A stretch of 64,000 nt of DNA from Okamejei kenojei (Eukaryota), in assembly GCA_035221665.1 (NCBI GenBank), contig CM069138.1, positions 23,002,001 through 23,066,000 on the forward strand, in the 5' to 3' direction. This document shows positions 37,579-51,490 of the stretch, piece by piece (within the stretch, counting starts at the first letter, position 1; each line of letters begins with the position of its first letter). The notes below the pieces were generated by a model. It saw only the letters and a list, made by a program, of their open reading frames with translations, did not search any database and had not been told where the DNA came from. A program made the translations under genes and the position numbers.

Positions 37579-40500
37579 TAGCAAGATTAAATGAGAACTT
37601 ACCAGTTTGAAGTTTGATATTTATTTTATGAGGAGTTACAATGAGGGATTACGTGAAGAAGTCCCGCCAGGCACATGCTCATCATACTTCAAAGCAGCGG
37701 CATGAAAACACAGAAACAATAGCCAAAGTGATATAGTAAGGCTGAGAAGACTAGAACTACCAGATGATCTTTGCGATTATGAGGGCCGGGAGCGGAGGGC
37801 ATGTAATCCCTCATCGTAACCCCATAAAATAAAGATCAAACTTCAAACTGGTAAGTTCTCGTTTAATCTTACTTTAATCTTCAGAGTCACGTGAGTGACT
37901 ACGTGAAGATTTCAAAGCTCTGTGATTTCATGCCGTAGATCCATTCCATAGGACACACTGCTTCAGTTGACACAGTAGTGAATAAATAATATATTGAACA
38001 TTGCTTCGAATTATCCAATAATCATTTTTAAATAACAAAAACAGTACTAACCCCTCTATCCCAGGGGAAATTACAAATGAAATTTATAAAGACAAAGCAA
38101 ATCAAATGGACCCAACACAGCATGCCCAAACCCTGGCACTGTCAGGACAGGTTTATCATAAATTTTAGAAAATGTGATTCCTTAGACCATCCTGCGGCCT
38201 CGCTGCTGATGTTGATGCCGCCCTGGTGGAGTGAGATATAAACACATGAGTGTCTACTCCAGCAGAAACCAAAACCTGGTTTACCATCTAGAAATAGTTT
38301 AGACTGACACCTTTTTATGAGTTTTTTGTGACTGATGAGTGTTGCTGTCTCGGAGCCTCTGAGACTCTTAGTTACCTCGACATTGACTCAGGTGCTTAAC
38401 TACACATAACGTATGGTCAACAGGGTATGCTTTAAAACTTACTTTGGTTCCGGCCATTCCTGGTTTTGTTTGATTAAATGATACACATAAAACGTAATGT
38501 TATCTGCATAAGAATACATGCTATCTAGTCGTAACTTTTCGCAATATTTGCACTCTTTGCGCTGATACTAGCGCCATGAGCTTAACCACTTTAAGCGTTA
38601 ACTTCTGAAAAGACAATGATGTAATTGGAGCCTATTGCCGAAGCAATGTGAGAACTATACTGACATCCCAGATTTCTGTATATCTAGGTTTAGGAGGATT
38701 TTTGTTAAAGAATTCCTCTCATGAATCGGGACACTAATGGATGAGACCCGATAGGTTGTTGTTCTGAAACTGCCCTAAATAGGAGGACAAAGCACTCCGA
38801 GCACTATTAATGGCACTATAACTCAAGTGTTCATCAAAAATGCAATGTAACAAGGAACTCCAATACATCTGGTATGCTTGCAGTATTATAAGATATATCT
38901 GACTGTAAACAACACATCTCCCATTTCTTATATGAGACACATATTGTTTATTAGTGCTATCTCTCCAAGCTGCAGTTATGACATCCATGGTCCTATTCGA
39001 CAGTCCGAAGTCTGGTCAGAACCTGCAGATCAACAAATTAATATGATCATGTAATGAATGACTTTCTCCCGTTACTGGATGCACCAACAAATTACTGCAG
39101 TTGGGGACAGTCATGAATGGCTGAGTCATCATTCTGAGCACCAATGGGAACCATGGTTGTGTAGGCCAGTCGGAACAACCAAAATGCCTGAGGCGGAGTC
39201 CTGCTCTATTTTGGTGAGACATTGCCTAATCAGGCAGAATGGGGGAAAACCATAAAAGAATGCATGACCCCAATGTAGTGAGAATGCATCCACCGCTACT
39301 GCTCCTATTGAATCCTATTAAACCAATTGAATAACTACTTTGGTTCCGTCTTCACTGAGGAAGACATAAATAATCTGCCGGAAATAGCAGGGGACCGCGG
39401 GTCAAAGGAGGAATTGAGTGAAATCCAGGTTAGTCGGGAAGTGGTGTTGGGTAAATTGAATAGATTAAAGGCCGATAAATCCCCAGGGCCAGATAGGCTG
39501 CATCCCAGAGTACTTAAGGAAGTAGCTCAGGGAATAGTGGATGCATTAGTGATACTCTTTCAAAACTCTTTAGATTCTGGAGTAGTTCCTGAGGATTGGC
39601 GGGTAGCAAACGTAACCCCTCATTTTAAGAAGGGAGGGAGAGAGAAAACGGGGAATTACAGACCAGTTAGTCTAACATCGGTAGTGGGGAAACTGCTAGA
39701 GTCAGTTCTTAAAGATGGGATAGCAGCACATTTGGAAAGTGGTGAAATCATTGGACAAAGTCAGCATGGATTTACAAAAGGTAAATCATGTCTGACGAAT
39801 CTTGTGGAATTTTTCGAGAATGTAACTAGTAGCGTGGATAAGGGAGAACCAGTGGATGTGGTATATCTGGACTTCCAGAAGGCTTTCGACAAGGTCCCAC
39901 ATAAGAGATTAGTATACAAACTTAAAGCATACGGCATTAGGGGTTCAGTATTGATGTGGATAGAGAACTGGCTGGCAAACAGGAAGCAAAGAGTAGGAGT
40001 AAATGGGTCCTTTTCACAATGGCAGGCAGTGACTGGTGGGGTACCGCAGGGCTCAGTGCTGGGACCCCAGCTATTTACAATATATATTAATGATCTGGAT
40101 GAGGGAATTGAAGGCAATATCTCCAAGTTTGCGGATGACACTAAGCTGGGGGCAGTGTAAGCTGTGAGGAGGATGCTAGGAGGCTGTAAGGTGACTTGGA
40201 TAGGCTGGGTGAGTGGGCAAATGTTTGGCAGATGCAGTATAATGTGGATAAATGTGAGGTTATCCACTTTGGTGGCAAAAACAGGAAAGCAGACTATTAT
40301 TTAAATGGTGGCCAATTAGGAAAAGGGGAGATGCAGCGAGACCTGGGTGTCATGGTACACCAGTCATTGAAAGTAGGCATGCAGGTGCAGCAGGCAGTGA
40401 AAAAAAGCGAATGGTATGTTAGCTTTCATAGCAAAAGGATTTGAGTATAGGAGCAGGGAGGTTCTACTTCAGTTGTACAGGGTCTTGGTGAGACCACACC

Positions 40501-43075
40501 TGGAGTATTGCGTACAGTTTTGGTCTCCAAATCTGAGGAAGGACATTATTGCCATAGAGGGAGTGCAGAGAAGGTTCACCAGACTGATTCCTGGGATGTC
40601 AGGACTGTCTTATGAAGAAAGACTGGATAGACTCGGTTTATACTCTCTAGAATTTAGGAGATTGAGAGGGGATCTTATAGAAACTTACAAAATTTTTAAG
40701 GGGTTGGACAGGCTAGATGCAGGAAGATTATTTCCGATGTTGGGGAAGTCCAGGACAAGGGGTCACAGCTTAAGGATAAGGGGGAAATCCTTTAAGACCG
40801 AGATGAGAAAGATTTTTTTCACACAGAGAGTGGTGAGTCTCTGGAACTCTCTGCCACAGAGGGTAGTTGAGGCCAGTTCATTGGCTATATTTAAGAGGGA
40901 GTTAGATGTGGCCCTTGTGGATAAGGGGATCAGAGGGTATGGAGAGAAGGCAGGTACGGGATGCTGTTGGATGATCAGCCATGATCATATTGAATGGCGG
41001 TGCAGGCTCGAAGGGCCGAATGGCCTACTCCTGCACCTGATTTCTATGTTTCTATGCTCCTGGATCCGTTTCCTATGAAACATATTTAGGCAACTGGTGA
41101 TTTTGCCTGGATGCAAACAGAACAATATTTGGCAACCCATAGCGGCTGACAATCATTTTAAAACTTCAGGATTTAATCATCCATTCTATGTTGTCATTGA
41201 ACTTTCGTGACCTGTTGTCTGCCACCACATTGTCTCTACCTGGTAGGTAGATAGCTCAGACCCAGATGTTTCTGGAAATACACCAGTGCTGCATGAGGTT
41301 AGACAGATTATCACATGATACTGACCTTATTCCTGTCATGTGATTGATGTATGGCACAGCCGTGGTATTATCAATCTGGAGTTGAACATGTAAATTATTC
41401 ATTGTTGAACAATACGCTTTTAATCCATAGAATGCACCCAGCAATTCCAAGTAATTTATACCATGCCTGTGTAGGATTAATTCCTCTTGCACACTCCATC
41501 TACCACCACAGCTAGACTCGCTGTCCGTAGCTCCCCATCCGGCAGCACTCACATCTGTATGTAAAAGCACTGAAGGTTGCTGAACCAAAATGCTTTTGGT
41601 AGTTTGTACAATATTGATAATCCACCATTGTAATTGAGCTATGGCTCTGGTTGGTAACTGCATAGGTCCATCAAAATGACCTGCATGTTCTTTAAGTGCT
41701 AGTTCTGTAGCTCGTTGCAGACTTTGTTAGTGCAGTGGTACAAACTGCACTGCAGGGAAAGCTGCCACCATTTTACCAATAACAATGGCTAGTTCCCGGA
41801 TGGAGGGATATTGTTTTTCAGCGAGACAAAGACAGACCTCTCTGATCTCCACAGCCTTGGCTGTAGGCAAAGTCACCGACATATCAACTTGAATCAATGA
41901 CACATCCCAATAATCATTTTTTTAGGATGGTTCCAACTTGGATTTGGTTGGATGGGCCAGAAACCCTAACCTTTCAAACAGGTATTTGGTTGCTGAAACC
42001 GATTCCTCAGCTGTCTCCTGAGTGTTGCTTATGATTAAAATATCATCTAGATAAACCATTACCATGTGATTCTGGGCCCGAAGTAGCGCCAGCACTGGTT
42101 TCAACAATTTCTTGAACAGCCTAGGAGCTGATGTTAATTCATTGGGTAATGCTTCAAATTGCCACCGCTGTCCCATCCAACTAAATTTGAAGTATCTCCG
42201 ATACTGATAATGAATTGGTCCTGAATAATATGCAATTTTTCAGATCTATAGTTGCCATATAACAGCCTTGTGATAACAGCTGTTTCGCAGTATTGAAGGT
42301 GTCCATTATAAAATGCCTATACCGAACATAGGAATTTAACCGGTTTCGGTCCAGAATGACTACATCCCCCATCTTTTCTCTGTCTGGGGAATATATTGGA
42401 CACAAATTGTTGAGGATGGTTTGTCGTCCTCTCAATTACCCCTTTTTCGGGACAAAACCATAATTTCTTCTTTTACCTGCTGAGTTTGTGGTGCAGGAAA
42501 AACCCCAACACTCTATTAGGCATATTGTGTAGAGGTGGATCAATTCCTGACATAAACTCTATTCGAGCCTGATACAGTGTCTAGTATAAACCGATGAGAT
42601 GTTATGCAGCACCATTCATCATACCAATTGCAACCTACCCCCAACCGGAGGTTGTTCCCCAGAAATCTTATCCTGGACAGAATGAATCACCTGTACCTCT
42701 ACAGTCAGCCTTGAAGTCCTCCTTCTTCCCATATTGGGGTTGTAGCTGGGATACACAGGTGAGTAATATCGTTGTCCCACTGACCCCACTCTGCCCCTGG
42801 ATCCGTCACCTCTCGCGCTGAAAATGACCTGCGAGGTGGTATCCTGGCAGAGGGGACGTATGTCTTCATCAGACGGATTGTTTTGGCATCTTTCTCCAGG
42901 TCCTTGACTTGTTTGATGAGGTCCACCCCAAATAAATAATCTGGGGCTTGAACGTTTGTAACCTACATAGAGCTGCAAACTTCAGGTTTCAAAGTGGGTT
43001 TGATGGCTATCTTCCTGATGTAATTGACCTCGAAGTAGGCGTTGCAAACAGGGCCAGCATATCTTGTTGAGTACC
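37579..43075 (-). mobile_element. DIRS1-type retrotransposon, 5' truncated, interrupted by CR1
   Basis: Right terminus and ICR at 37579-37910; YR, RNase H and RT (VYLDD) peptides closely related to 31324-36139. Confidence 0.88.
39307..41054 (+). mobile_element. CR1 LINE, 5' truncated, inserted in DIRS
   Basis: [24 protein letters not shown] and KFADD; tttctatg tail; TSD tgctcct (39300-39306, 41055-41061). Confidence 0.93.
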
Positions 43076-43230
43076 AGACATCGGTGCCCCCTGGACCATG
43101 CTGGAGAGGATGATTCCCACTGTTATCCATAAGCGGTGTTTTCTTCTTTGCTGTATGGACCTCTGCGAGAGGCCGTGTAGGGAATCCTAGGGGCATTCGA
43201 CCCCAATTGAAATTTTCCATGGCTCTTTAA

Positions 43231-44460
43231 TTTTACTTCGGAGTCATGTGAGTGACTATGTGAAGAACCCCGTACAGCCGTTCATGCATCATTGCGTCAG
43301 ACGCTTTTGTGCAGACGACTGTGGAGCAACGCAGCTCCTCCAATGGTAAGTCTAAAAAAGTTTCAGGTAAGTGCTATTTCTTACCTGTTCTAGGTCTCCT
43401 GCAGGAACCTCCGGGGTTTTTGCGGGATGTTCGAGATGGCCGACGAGGGAACCAGCCTAGGGCTTTGGGGGGAAACCCTAGTCCAACTGCGGGAGCGGAG
43501 AGCTGGGAATGTCGGGTTCGCGATCGGAGTCACTGGTAACGCGGTCAGTGACTCCACACGTTGGGTTCCCGGGGAGGGGATACCCAAGAATAGTGTGGTT
43601 CTAGACCGCAGTAGTCCCTAGGGTATGGGGCTAAACTGACCTGAACAGTCAGCCTGGGTTCCCGGTGGAGGGGAAACCTAAGTATATGTGGTTTTACATT
43701 GCAGTAGTCCCCAGCACATGGGGTTAAAACAAACCTAAATGGTTAGGCTGGGTTCCCGGTGCAGGGGAAACCCAAGTATATGCGGTTCTAGACCGCAGTA
43801 GTCCCCATGAAATGGGGTTAACTCACATAAATGATTAGCCTGGGTGCCAGGAGGGTACCGCTGTAGTTTGGGAACCCAATAGGAGAATTTCCCCTCCCTG
43901 GGAATCCATGTAAAAAATATATATATATATATATATTTTTTTTTACATGGATTCCCGGGGAGGGGAAATTCTCCTATTGGGTTCCCAAACTACAATAATC
44001 CTCAGGATATGGGGACAACTGACAAAAATAGTCAGTACAATTAGGAAAGTTGGGAGGTTTCACCTCTGGGAATTAATTTAGAGACACTTGTTCATCAGGA
44101 GTTAGGACAGCTTTAAAGTTTTGGCAGTGTCAGCCTATTGGAGAGGCTGTGCAGCAGTACCTTTGTTTAGGACTGCTTCATGGGGATGCCAAGCTATGGC
44201 AGGCTAGCCTATTGGAGAGGCTGTGCCAGCAGCACCTTTGCTCAGGGTTGCTCATGGGGATGCCAAACTATGGCAGGCTAGCCTATTGGAGAGGTTATGC
44301 CAGCAGCACCTTTGCTCAGGGCTGCTTCATGAGAACGCCGAATCTATGGCAAATACTGGCCTTTGGGAAAGGCCGCGCCAGCAGCACCTTTGTTCAGGGC
44401 TGCTTCATGGGCACCAGCGGTACCTTGTTAGGGCTGCTTTATGGGAATAGCTGTTTAGTA
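43231..44460 (+). mobile_element. DIRS-like left terminus followed by ~95-bp and ~73-bp tandem repeats
   Basis: ttttacttcggagtcatgtgagtgactatgtgaag at 43231; repeated gggttcccg...gcagtagtccc units at 43560-43850 and agcctattggagagg units at 44130-44440. Confidence 0.6.
43862..43994. repeat. Near-perfect palindrome centred on (AT)n
   Basis: About 55-bp arms with one mismatch flanking a self-complementary AT tract. Confidence 0.95.
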
Positions 44461-44888
44461 GGGTATTCCCATTTACAGTGATCATGGGGGATGAGGAGGC
44501 ATTGTTAGGATAAAGCAATATAACAGAATGATGACAAAAAGCATTCAAAGAAAACTATTCACAGTTTAAAAAACACTGGTTATATATGTGCTAAAATCCA
44601 CTGTTAAGTCTCAAACTATATTTGAGAAATTGGGCTCCTCTATCCAGTTAGATTAAGTTCCTATCAAATAGACTTGTAGGATGTTGGGATTTACTTTTAG
44701 ATATTCAATTGGCCTCAATGCCGGCCTGTGCAACAGATTACAGTCAATGGACTTCTTCCGGTGGCGCTATGGAGCCCTAGAGGATAGCGTCAGCCAGCTC
44801 CGTAAAAAATCGGAAAAAAACGGGGTTTTAAAAGACTTACCGGCTGTCTGCTACACACTGCCTGCCGTTTCTATACCGACTGTGCCGA

Positions 44889-46046
44889 GTGACGTCATCA
44901 GCCGCGCGACTAACTATGTCGACGACACGGAGCCCTACCGACAAGAGTAAAACTCGTTCAACCCGGCAGAGACCGGGAGAAGGCCGGGGTGAAGCCTCGT
45001 ATTCGAGTAGGACCAGCTCCCTGGAAGATGTATCCAAGAAAACAGGCACAAAAGCGGAAGGTGAGGATTTGAAAACTTTCATTTCTCAACAGATGGCTGT
45101 TTTAAAGCTAGAATTAAAGGAAGAAATGAAAGATATAAAGGAAGAAATAAAGGAAGAAATATGTCAAATGAACAATCAGATGGATCAGATGAAAAATCAA
45201 CTGAATGAATTTCAAAAAGAAACAATGTCAAAAATTGAAAAAAAGGTCAAGAAAGTATCGGAAGATTTGAAGAATGAACTTATTGAAATGCTTAATGATA
45301 TGGAAAGTAAGATGGAGAAAAAACTTGAAAAGGTTAAAAAAGACTTTCAAAATAAGATTACTCCTATTGAGAATGTGCTGGAACAACAGGCGGCTGGCAT
45401 GAAGAACCTTGAACAGATAGCGGAGGCAAGTACTGCGTCTATAGCAAAGCTGATAACAGAACATGAACGTCTAATGAATTTGCTGACTAAAACAACAGAG
45501 AAATGTACTCAGCTAGAAGGCTATCAGAGAAGACAGAATCTGAGGATCGCAGGGATTCCTGAAGGTCGAGAGAAACACGAAGATCTTCGAGAATTCACTG
45601 CTAAACTACTCCAAAATGTTTTATCTCTGGATGAAATGCCTTTATTAGCTCGTGCTCATAGAGTCAGCAGACGTCAGACCAGTATAAATGCCCCCCCAAG
45701 ACAAATGATCATAAAGCTACAATATGATTTTGTTCTGGAGGAGATTATGCGGAAAGCTGCGAGAAATAAGAATCTGACATTTGAAGGACAAAGGATCAGT
45801 ATCTATCGAGATTACCCTCCAGAGGTTGCTAGAAAACGGAAGGCTTTTAATGAAGTCAAAAGTCTTATGAGGGGTGTAGAAAATCTGAGATACGGTTTGA
45901 ATTACCCAGCCACTCTAAGAGTTACTTTTAACAACGTGGAGCATTTCTTTAATACCCCAGCAGCAGCCTTGGATTTCGCAAAGCAGTTCGAGTCATCTAC
46001 AAGCAAACATACTGACTTTTACTACTTTACTCTCAACACCCTGTAG
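44889..46046 (+). CDS. L1 ORF1 protein (coiled coil, RRM, CTD)
   Basis: Coiled-coil region, RRQNLRIAGIPEG, RAHR, PRQMIIK, IYRDY and YPATLRV motifs; uninterrupted frame. Confidence 0.88.
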   Translation: MTSSAARLTMSTTRSPTDKSKTRSTRQRPGEGRGEASYSSRTSSLEDVSKKTGTKAEGEDLKTFISQQMAVLKLELKEEMKDIKEEIKEEICQMNNQMDQMKNQLNEFQKETMSKIEKKVKKVSEDLKNELIEMLNDMESKMEKKLEKVKKDFQNKITPIENVLEQQAAGMKNLEQIAEASTASIAKLITEHERLMNLLTKTTEKCTQLEGYQRRQNLRIAGIPEGREKHEDLREFTAKLLQNVLSLDEMPLLARAHRVSRRQTSINAPPRQMIIKLQYDFVLEEIMRKAARNKNLTFEGQRISIYRDYPPEVARKRKAFNEVKSLMRGVENLRYGLNYPATLRVTFNNVEHFFNTPAAALDFAKQFESSTSKHTDFYYFTLNTL

Positions 46047-46067
46047 ATTTTATATGATAATATGAAA

Positions 46068-46376
46068 TTTTGAGTACAGGAGGCAGGGAGGTTCTACTTC
46101 AGTTGTACTCTTGGTGAGACACAAGTACATTTGGTCTCCAAATCTGAGGAAGGACATTATTGCCTTCACCAGACTGATTCCCTGTCTTATGAAGAAAGAC
46201 TGGATAGACTCGGTTTATACTCTGTTTGAATTACCAGCCACCAAGGGGTCACAGCATAAGGATTCCTTTAAGACCGAGCAGACTTTTTTTTTCTTGAAAA
46301 GAGATACTGGTGGAGATCAGCCATGACATGGCGGTTCAATGGCCTACTCCTGCACCTAATTTCTATGTTTCTATGT
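46068..46376 (+). mobile_element. Patchwork CR1 3' fragment with many small deletions
   Basis: Short colinear blocks nearly identical to 59534-60162. Confidence 0.7.
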
Positions 46377-47157
46377 TAATATGGGACTAGAAGTAATGGA
46401 CAATGCCGTATGGAATGAAGAGGAAAAAACTGGATTGGAAGACGTTTTCTGGATACTGACTATTAGTCTTAACATATAACTAATATAAACAAATAACACA
46501 CATACTAAAATCACAACGCGGTTTTATTATCACTATGATTATTATTAATCAAGATTGCTCACTATTGCTAATTAATATTACTAATAATTAATAACTAATG
46601 TCTCGTTAATGAATGGAGTTAAATTTAGTGATGGATCTCATTTGGAGATCCTTTTTTTCTAATAATAATTTTTATTTTGTATTTTAAATTATATTCTTTA
46701 TGTTTAATACTGCTTAGATTTCTAAGTTAATTTTAGATATAGATACCCTTATATGACGATCACCACTACTTTTTTCTTTCCTTTAATATTATACCCCCGT
46801 TAAAATATTATTATGGAATAATAATTCCTTAAATCTAGGAGCTGGCCAAGTTAATAACACCAATGCCGGAAGTCCTTAGATGGATAGCCAAGTTAATATG
46901 GCTAACACAAACTACAAATACTTTATTTGTAGTTTTTTCTTTCTTTACACATACTATTAATTTCTTTAACTATTCTTTACTATCCTTTTATATCTATTGT
47001 GTTTTTCAGTTTGAATGGAGTTACACATTGGACCAATGGAGATATATTCGTGAGGTACATAAAAGAGATTTAAAATTCATCTATTCGGTGTTCGGGTGTA
47101 AGGTTAGGTCTACTGCGCTGATCCTTAGACTCTATTGTAGATTCCCACAAACTTAAA

Positions 47158-50100
47158 ATGCAAGACTTAAAAAGAAACACGGGGAATGAGGGATTAACGT
47201 TTTGCAGTTGGAACGTTAAAGGTATTAATGAACCAATAAAGAGAGGAAAAATATTGACACATTTAAAGGCAATTAAAGCTGACGTAATTTATATTCAAGA
47301 AACCCACTTAAAAAAAGACGCTGAAAACAGGTTGAAAGCTAAATGGATAGACAAAATATATCATTCTTCTTTTACGCATAAATCAAGAGGTGTAGCAATA
47401 TTATTTCGTAAAGGTACTTTATTTAAGCATACATCAACTATATCTGATAAAGATGGCAGATACATTATTGTGATAGGAGAAATAAACACAGAAAAAATGA
47501 TTTTTGTTAATATATATGGACCAAATTTTGATAGCCCTTTGTTTTTTAAGAAAGTACTCAACAATATTCCGGAATTAACACATTATAATTTGATAATTGG
47601 AGGAGATTTTAATTGTACATTAGACCCTTACCTAGACAGATCTTCAAAACAAAGAAAAACTAAATCACATTCTAGTGATTTATTAAATGCATATATCCAA
47701 ACGACTAATATTAAAGATGTTTGGAGAACAGAAAACCCTACTGGTCGAGAATACTCTTTTTACTCACCAGTACATAAAACTTATTCAAGAATAGATTATT
47801 TTCTGGTAGATGCAAAGCTTATCTCACTTACTTACGAACCCAAATATCATAATATTATAATCTCAGATCATGCACCATTAACATTTAAAATTAAAATAAA
47901 TGGTAAAACAGAAAATTTAGGACAATGGAAACTTAATCCACAAATTTTAAAAAATAAAACCACTCAGGAATATATTATAACTCAAATTAAGATTTTTTTT
48001 TGAAATAAATGATCAACCAGAAATATCTCGCTCTTTATTATGGGAAACATTTAAAGCATATCTTCGAGGAATTATGATTTCTTCACAAGCATTCCATAAT
48101 AAAAAGATTCGGAAGGAACAACAGGACTTCGAAAGGGAGATTAAACAATTAGATATACAGAATGCAACAAAATCAGATATAATAATACATAATAAAATTG
48201 TAGCATTGAAATATAAATTAAATAAAATATATACTGATCAAGTTTTAAAATTTTATCAACATACTAAACAATTACAGTTTGAATTTGAAGACAAACCCAA
48301 AAATTATTGGCTCGACAATTAAGGAAAATTGAAGCTGAAAAAATTATACATAGGATTAAATCACAAAATGGTGATTTATTAATACAACCTAAAGATATTA
48401 ATGAAAGATTTATGCAATATTATAAAAATCTATATACTGCTAAAGCGACAGTAAATAAAACAGAAATAGATGCTTTTTTAAAAATATGTAACTTAAAAGG
48501 ATTGGATTTACAAAATAGAGAACTATTAAATGCTGATATTTCAATAAAAGAAATCCAAGAATCTATTAGATCATTAAAAAATGGTAAAACACCGGGACCA
48601 GATGGTATAGGTTCGGAATTTTATAAAATTTTTCATGATCATATGGTCCCATATTTGAAATCATTATATGAACAGATATATACACAACAGAAATTACCAG
48701 ATACGCTGAACGAGTCTATTATAACACTTATACCCAAAATAAATAAAGACTTGGATGAACCAGGATCATATAGAGCTATAGCTCTATTAAATACGGATCA
48801 AAAGATTTTAACAAAAATATTAGCAAAAAGATTAAGTACAGTTGTCAATGAATTAATTCATCCCGATCAAACAGGATTTATACCTAAAAGATATTCCTCA
48901 TACAATCTAAGACGGTTATTTAATATTATATATTCGAAAAGAAGTGATAAAAAAGATTTAGTAGTTATCTCGCTGGATGCAGAAAAAACTTTTGACCAAG
49001 TGGAATGGCCTTATTTATTTTCGGTGATGGAAGCTTTCAAGCTCGGTGAGAAGTTTCCTACTTGGATTAAATTGTTATATGCAAACCCAACAGCTAGAAT
49101 AACAACAAACCGTATGTTATCTACTAAATTTAGTTTATCTCGAGGTTGTAGACAAGGCTGTCCTCTATCACCTTTATTGTTCGCGCTAGCAATAGAACCT
49201 CTCGCCCAAAGGGTGAGATTACATCCGGAAATACATGGATATGATACTAAAGATACTAAGAATAAAATCTCGTTATATGCGGACGATGTATTACTTTATA
49301 TCACTGAACCGGAAATAAGTATCCGAAATTTGTTAAAACTAATAACGGAATTTGGATTAATCTCAGGATACAGTATCAATTGGAATAAAAGTGAACTTAT
49401 GCCAATAACGATGAATAATTTACAGATATTACAACAATTTCCTTTCAAGATAACAAATGAAAATATTAAATATCTTGGCATTTTCGTTACGAAAAGATTT
49501 GATTCTTTATTTAAATCTAACTTCCCGTTATTACTGAACAAATTAAATAAGAATATTTTATACTGGAAAAGTTTACCTATTTCAATGTTAGGTAAAATCA
49601 ACGCGATAAAAATGATTTTTCTCCCACAATTATTATATTTATTTCAATTAATCCCGATATATCTCCCTAAAAATTTTTCAAAAAAGTAGACTCCCTAGTT
49701 ACTAACTTTATCTGGGATTATAAGAACCACAGAATAAATAAAAAACACTTATGTAAAGCTAAAATAAATGGGGGATTAGCATTACCAAATCTTATGTTTT
49801 ACTACTGGGCAGTTAATATCAAAAATATGAATTTTTGGCTAGAAGAAATAGATAACAAACCAAACTGGTTAAAAATGGAAAAAGAAGATTGTTCCCCATT
49901 TGAAATTAGTTCTATAATATTTGCTAACACTAACGTAGCTAAGAAAATTTATAGTGAAAATCCGATAATAGAAAACGAAGCATTTGGAAACAAATAAAGA
50001 AAGCATTAAAATTAAAATCTATACCGTTAGGTCTTACCATTGCCAACAATTTTACGTTTAAACCTTCAACGATGGATAAGGCTTTTTTTACAATGGAAAA

Positions 50101-50970
50101 ATAAAGGAATTTTAAACATAGGGGATCTTTATAAGGAAAGCTCTTTTCTTTCATTTCAAGAGTTACAACAAACTTATGGACTACATAACAATGAATATTT
50201 TAGATATTTACAAATCAGAAACTATATCTCTGCAAATACACAAGAACTTAGAAATAGAAAGACTGAAATTTTAGATGAATGCTTGAATAAACATCCAAAT
50301 ACAGAAAAAATGATATCATATATCTATAATATTTTATTGGAAAGTGATATCCCATCAACGGAAACACATAGACAGATTTGGGAAAATGAATTAGGTCAAA
50401 TAATAAGCCCAGAAATATGGGACGAAAGCTTACAACACATACATCATTGCTCGTTAAATGCTAAACATGCTCTTATACAGTTTAAAATTCTACATAGACT
50501 ACATTACTCCAAATCTAAATTACATAATATATTTCCAAAATTATCGCCTATATGTGATAAATGTCAAATCTCAGAAGCAAATTTGTCACATTCATTCACT
50601 AATTGTATAAAGATTGTAGAATATTGGAACGAAATATTTAAGATAATTTCGAATGTTATTAATATTACTATGATTTCTGATCCCAAAGTTAATAATACTT
50701 GGAATACTTGAAACGGACCAACTAATTACAATGAACCAAAGAATTTTTATCGACTATTGTCTAATAATTGGGAAAAAATTAATACTAAAAATTTTGGAAA
50801 GGCCCTGCATCCCCAACAATTAAAATGTGGAATACAGAAATGTCGGAGACACTTCACTTGGAGAGATTGAGGCTTGTCCTTATGGATAGGTTAGATCTCT
50901 TCAGAGGGATTTGGTCTCCATATATTAAATATTTACAGGGTCATAACGGTTCGGCGCGAAGACTTGACTG
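47158..50970 (+). pseudogene. L1 ORF2 (APE endonuclease, RT, C-terminal Cys/His motif), frameshifted
   Basis: SWNVKG, IQETH, GGDFN, SRIDY, SDHAP; GCRQGCPLSP, LYADD; CDKC...H....C. Split over five ORFs. Confidence 0.9.
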
Positions 50971-51490
50971 AGGCCTGAATATCTGAATGGATGAAGAAAT
51001 ATATATAATAAATCATGAATATATCTCCAAGGACGGATTAATGAGTAATATTCCAATCTCCATCAAACTTTCAACACTCTCTTTTCTATTTTCTATTTTT
51101 TATTTTTCTATCCTTAATTAGAAAAAGTATAGAAACACATTATATTAAATTCTTAATATTAGTGCGAATATAGATATCATTAGTTGAATGAAAATATTAT
51201 TAATGTCTTGTATTTTTAATTACATAAAATTGTGTAGTTTCAACTATATAATAATTTAGAAATATAAAGTCAATAATAATATAAACACTCTTATTATTAT
51301 GAAAATATAATGAATATTATAGAAGTTCGGTTAATATTGTGTATTATACAATTATAACATGGGGGACTTGTATTTGGAAATCAGAGGAAATATGGATATT
51401 ATGAGTAGTATGAGTATATTGCTAATATTAGGAATGTACTATACACACTCCCAATTATACAAAATAAATAACCTTGATATGTATAATTGA

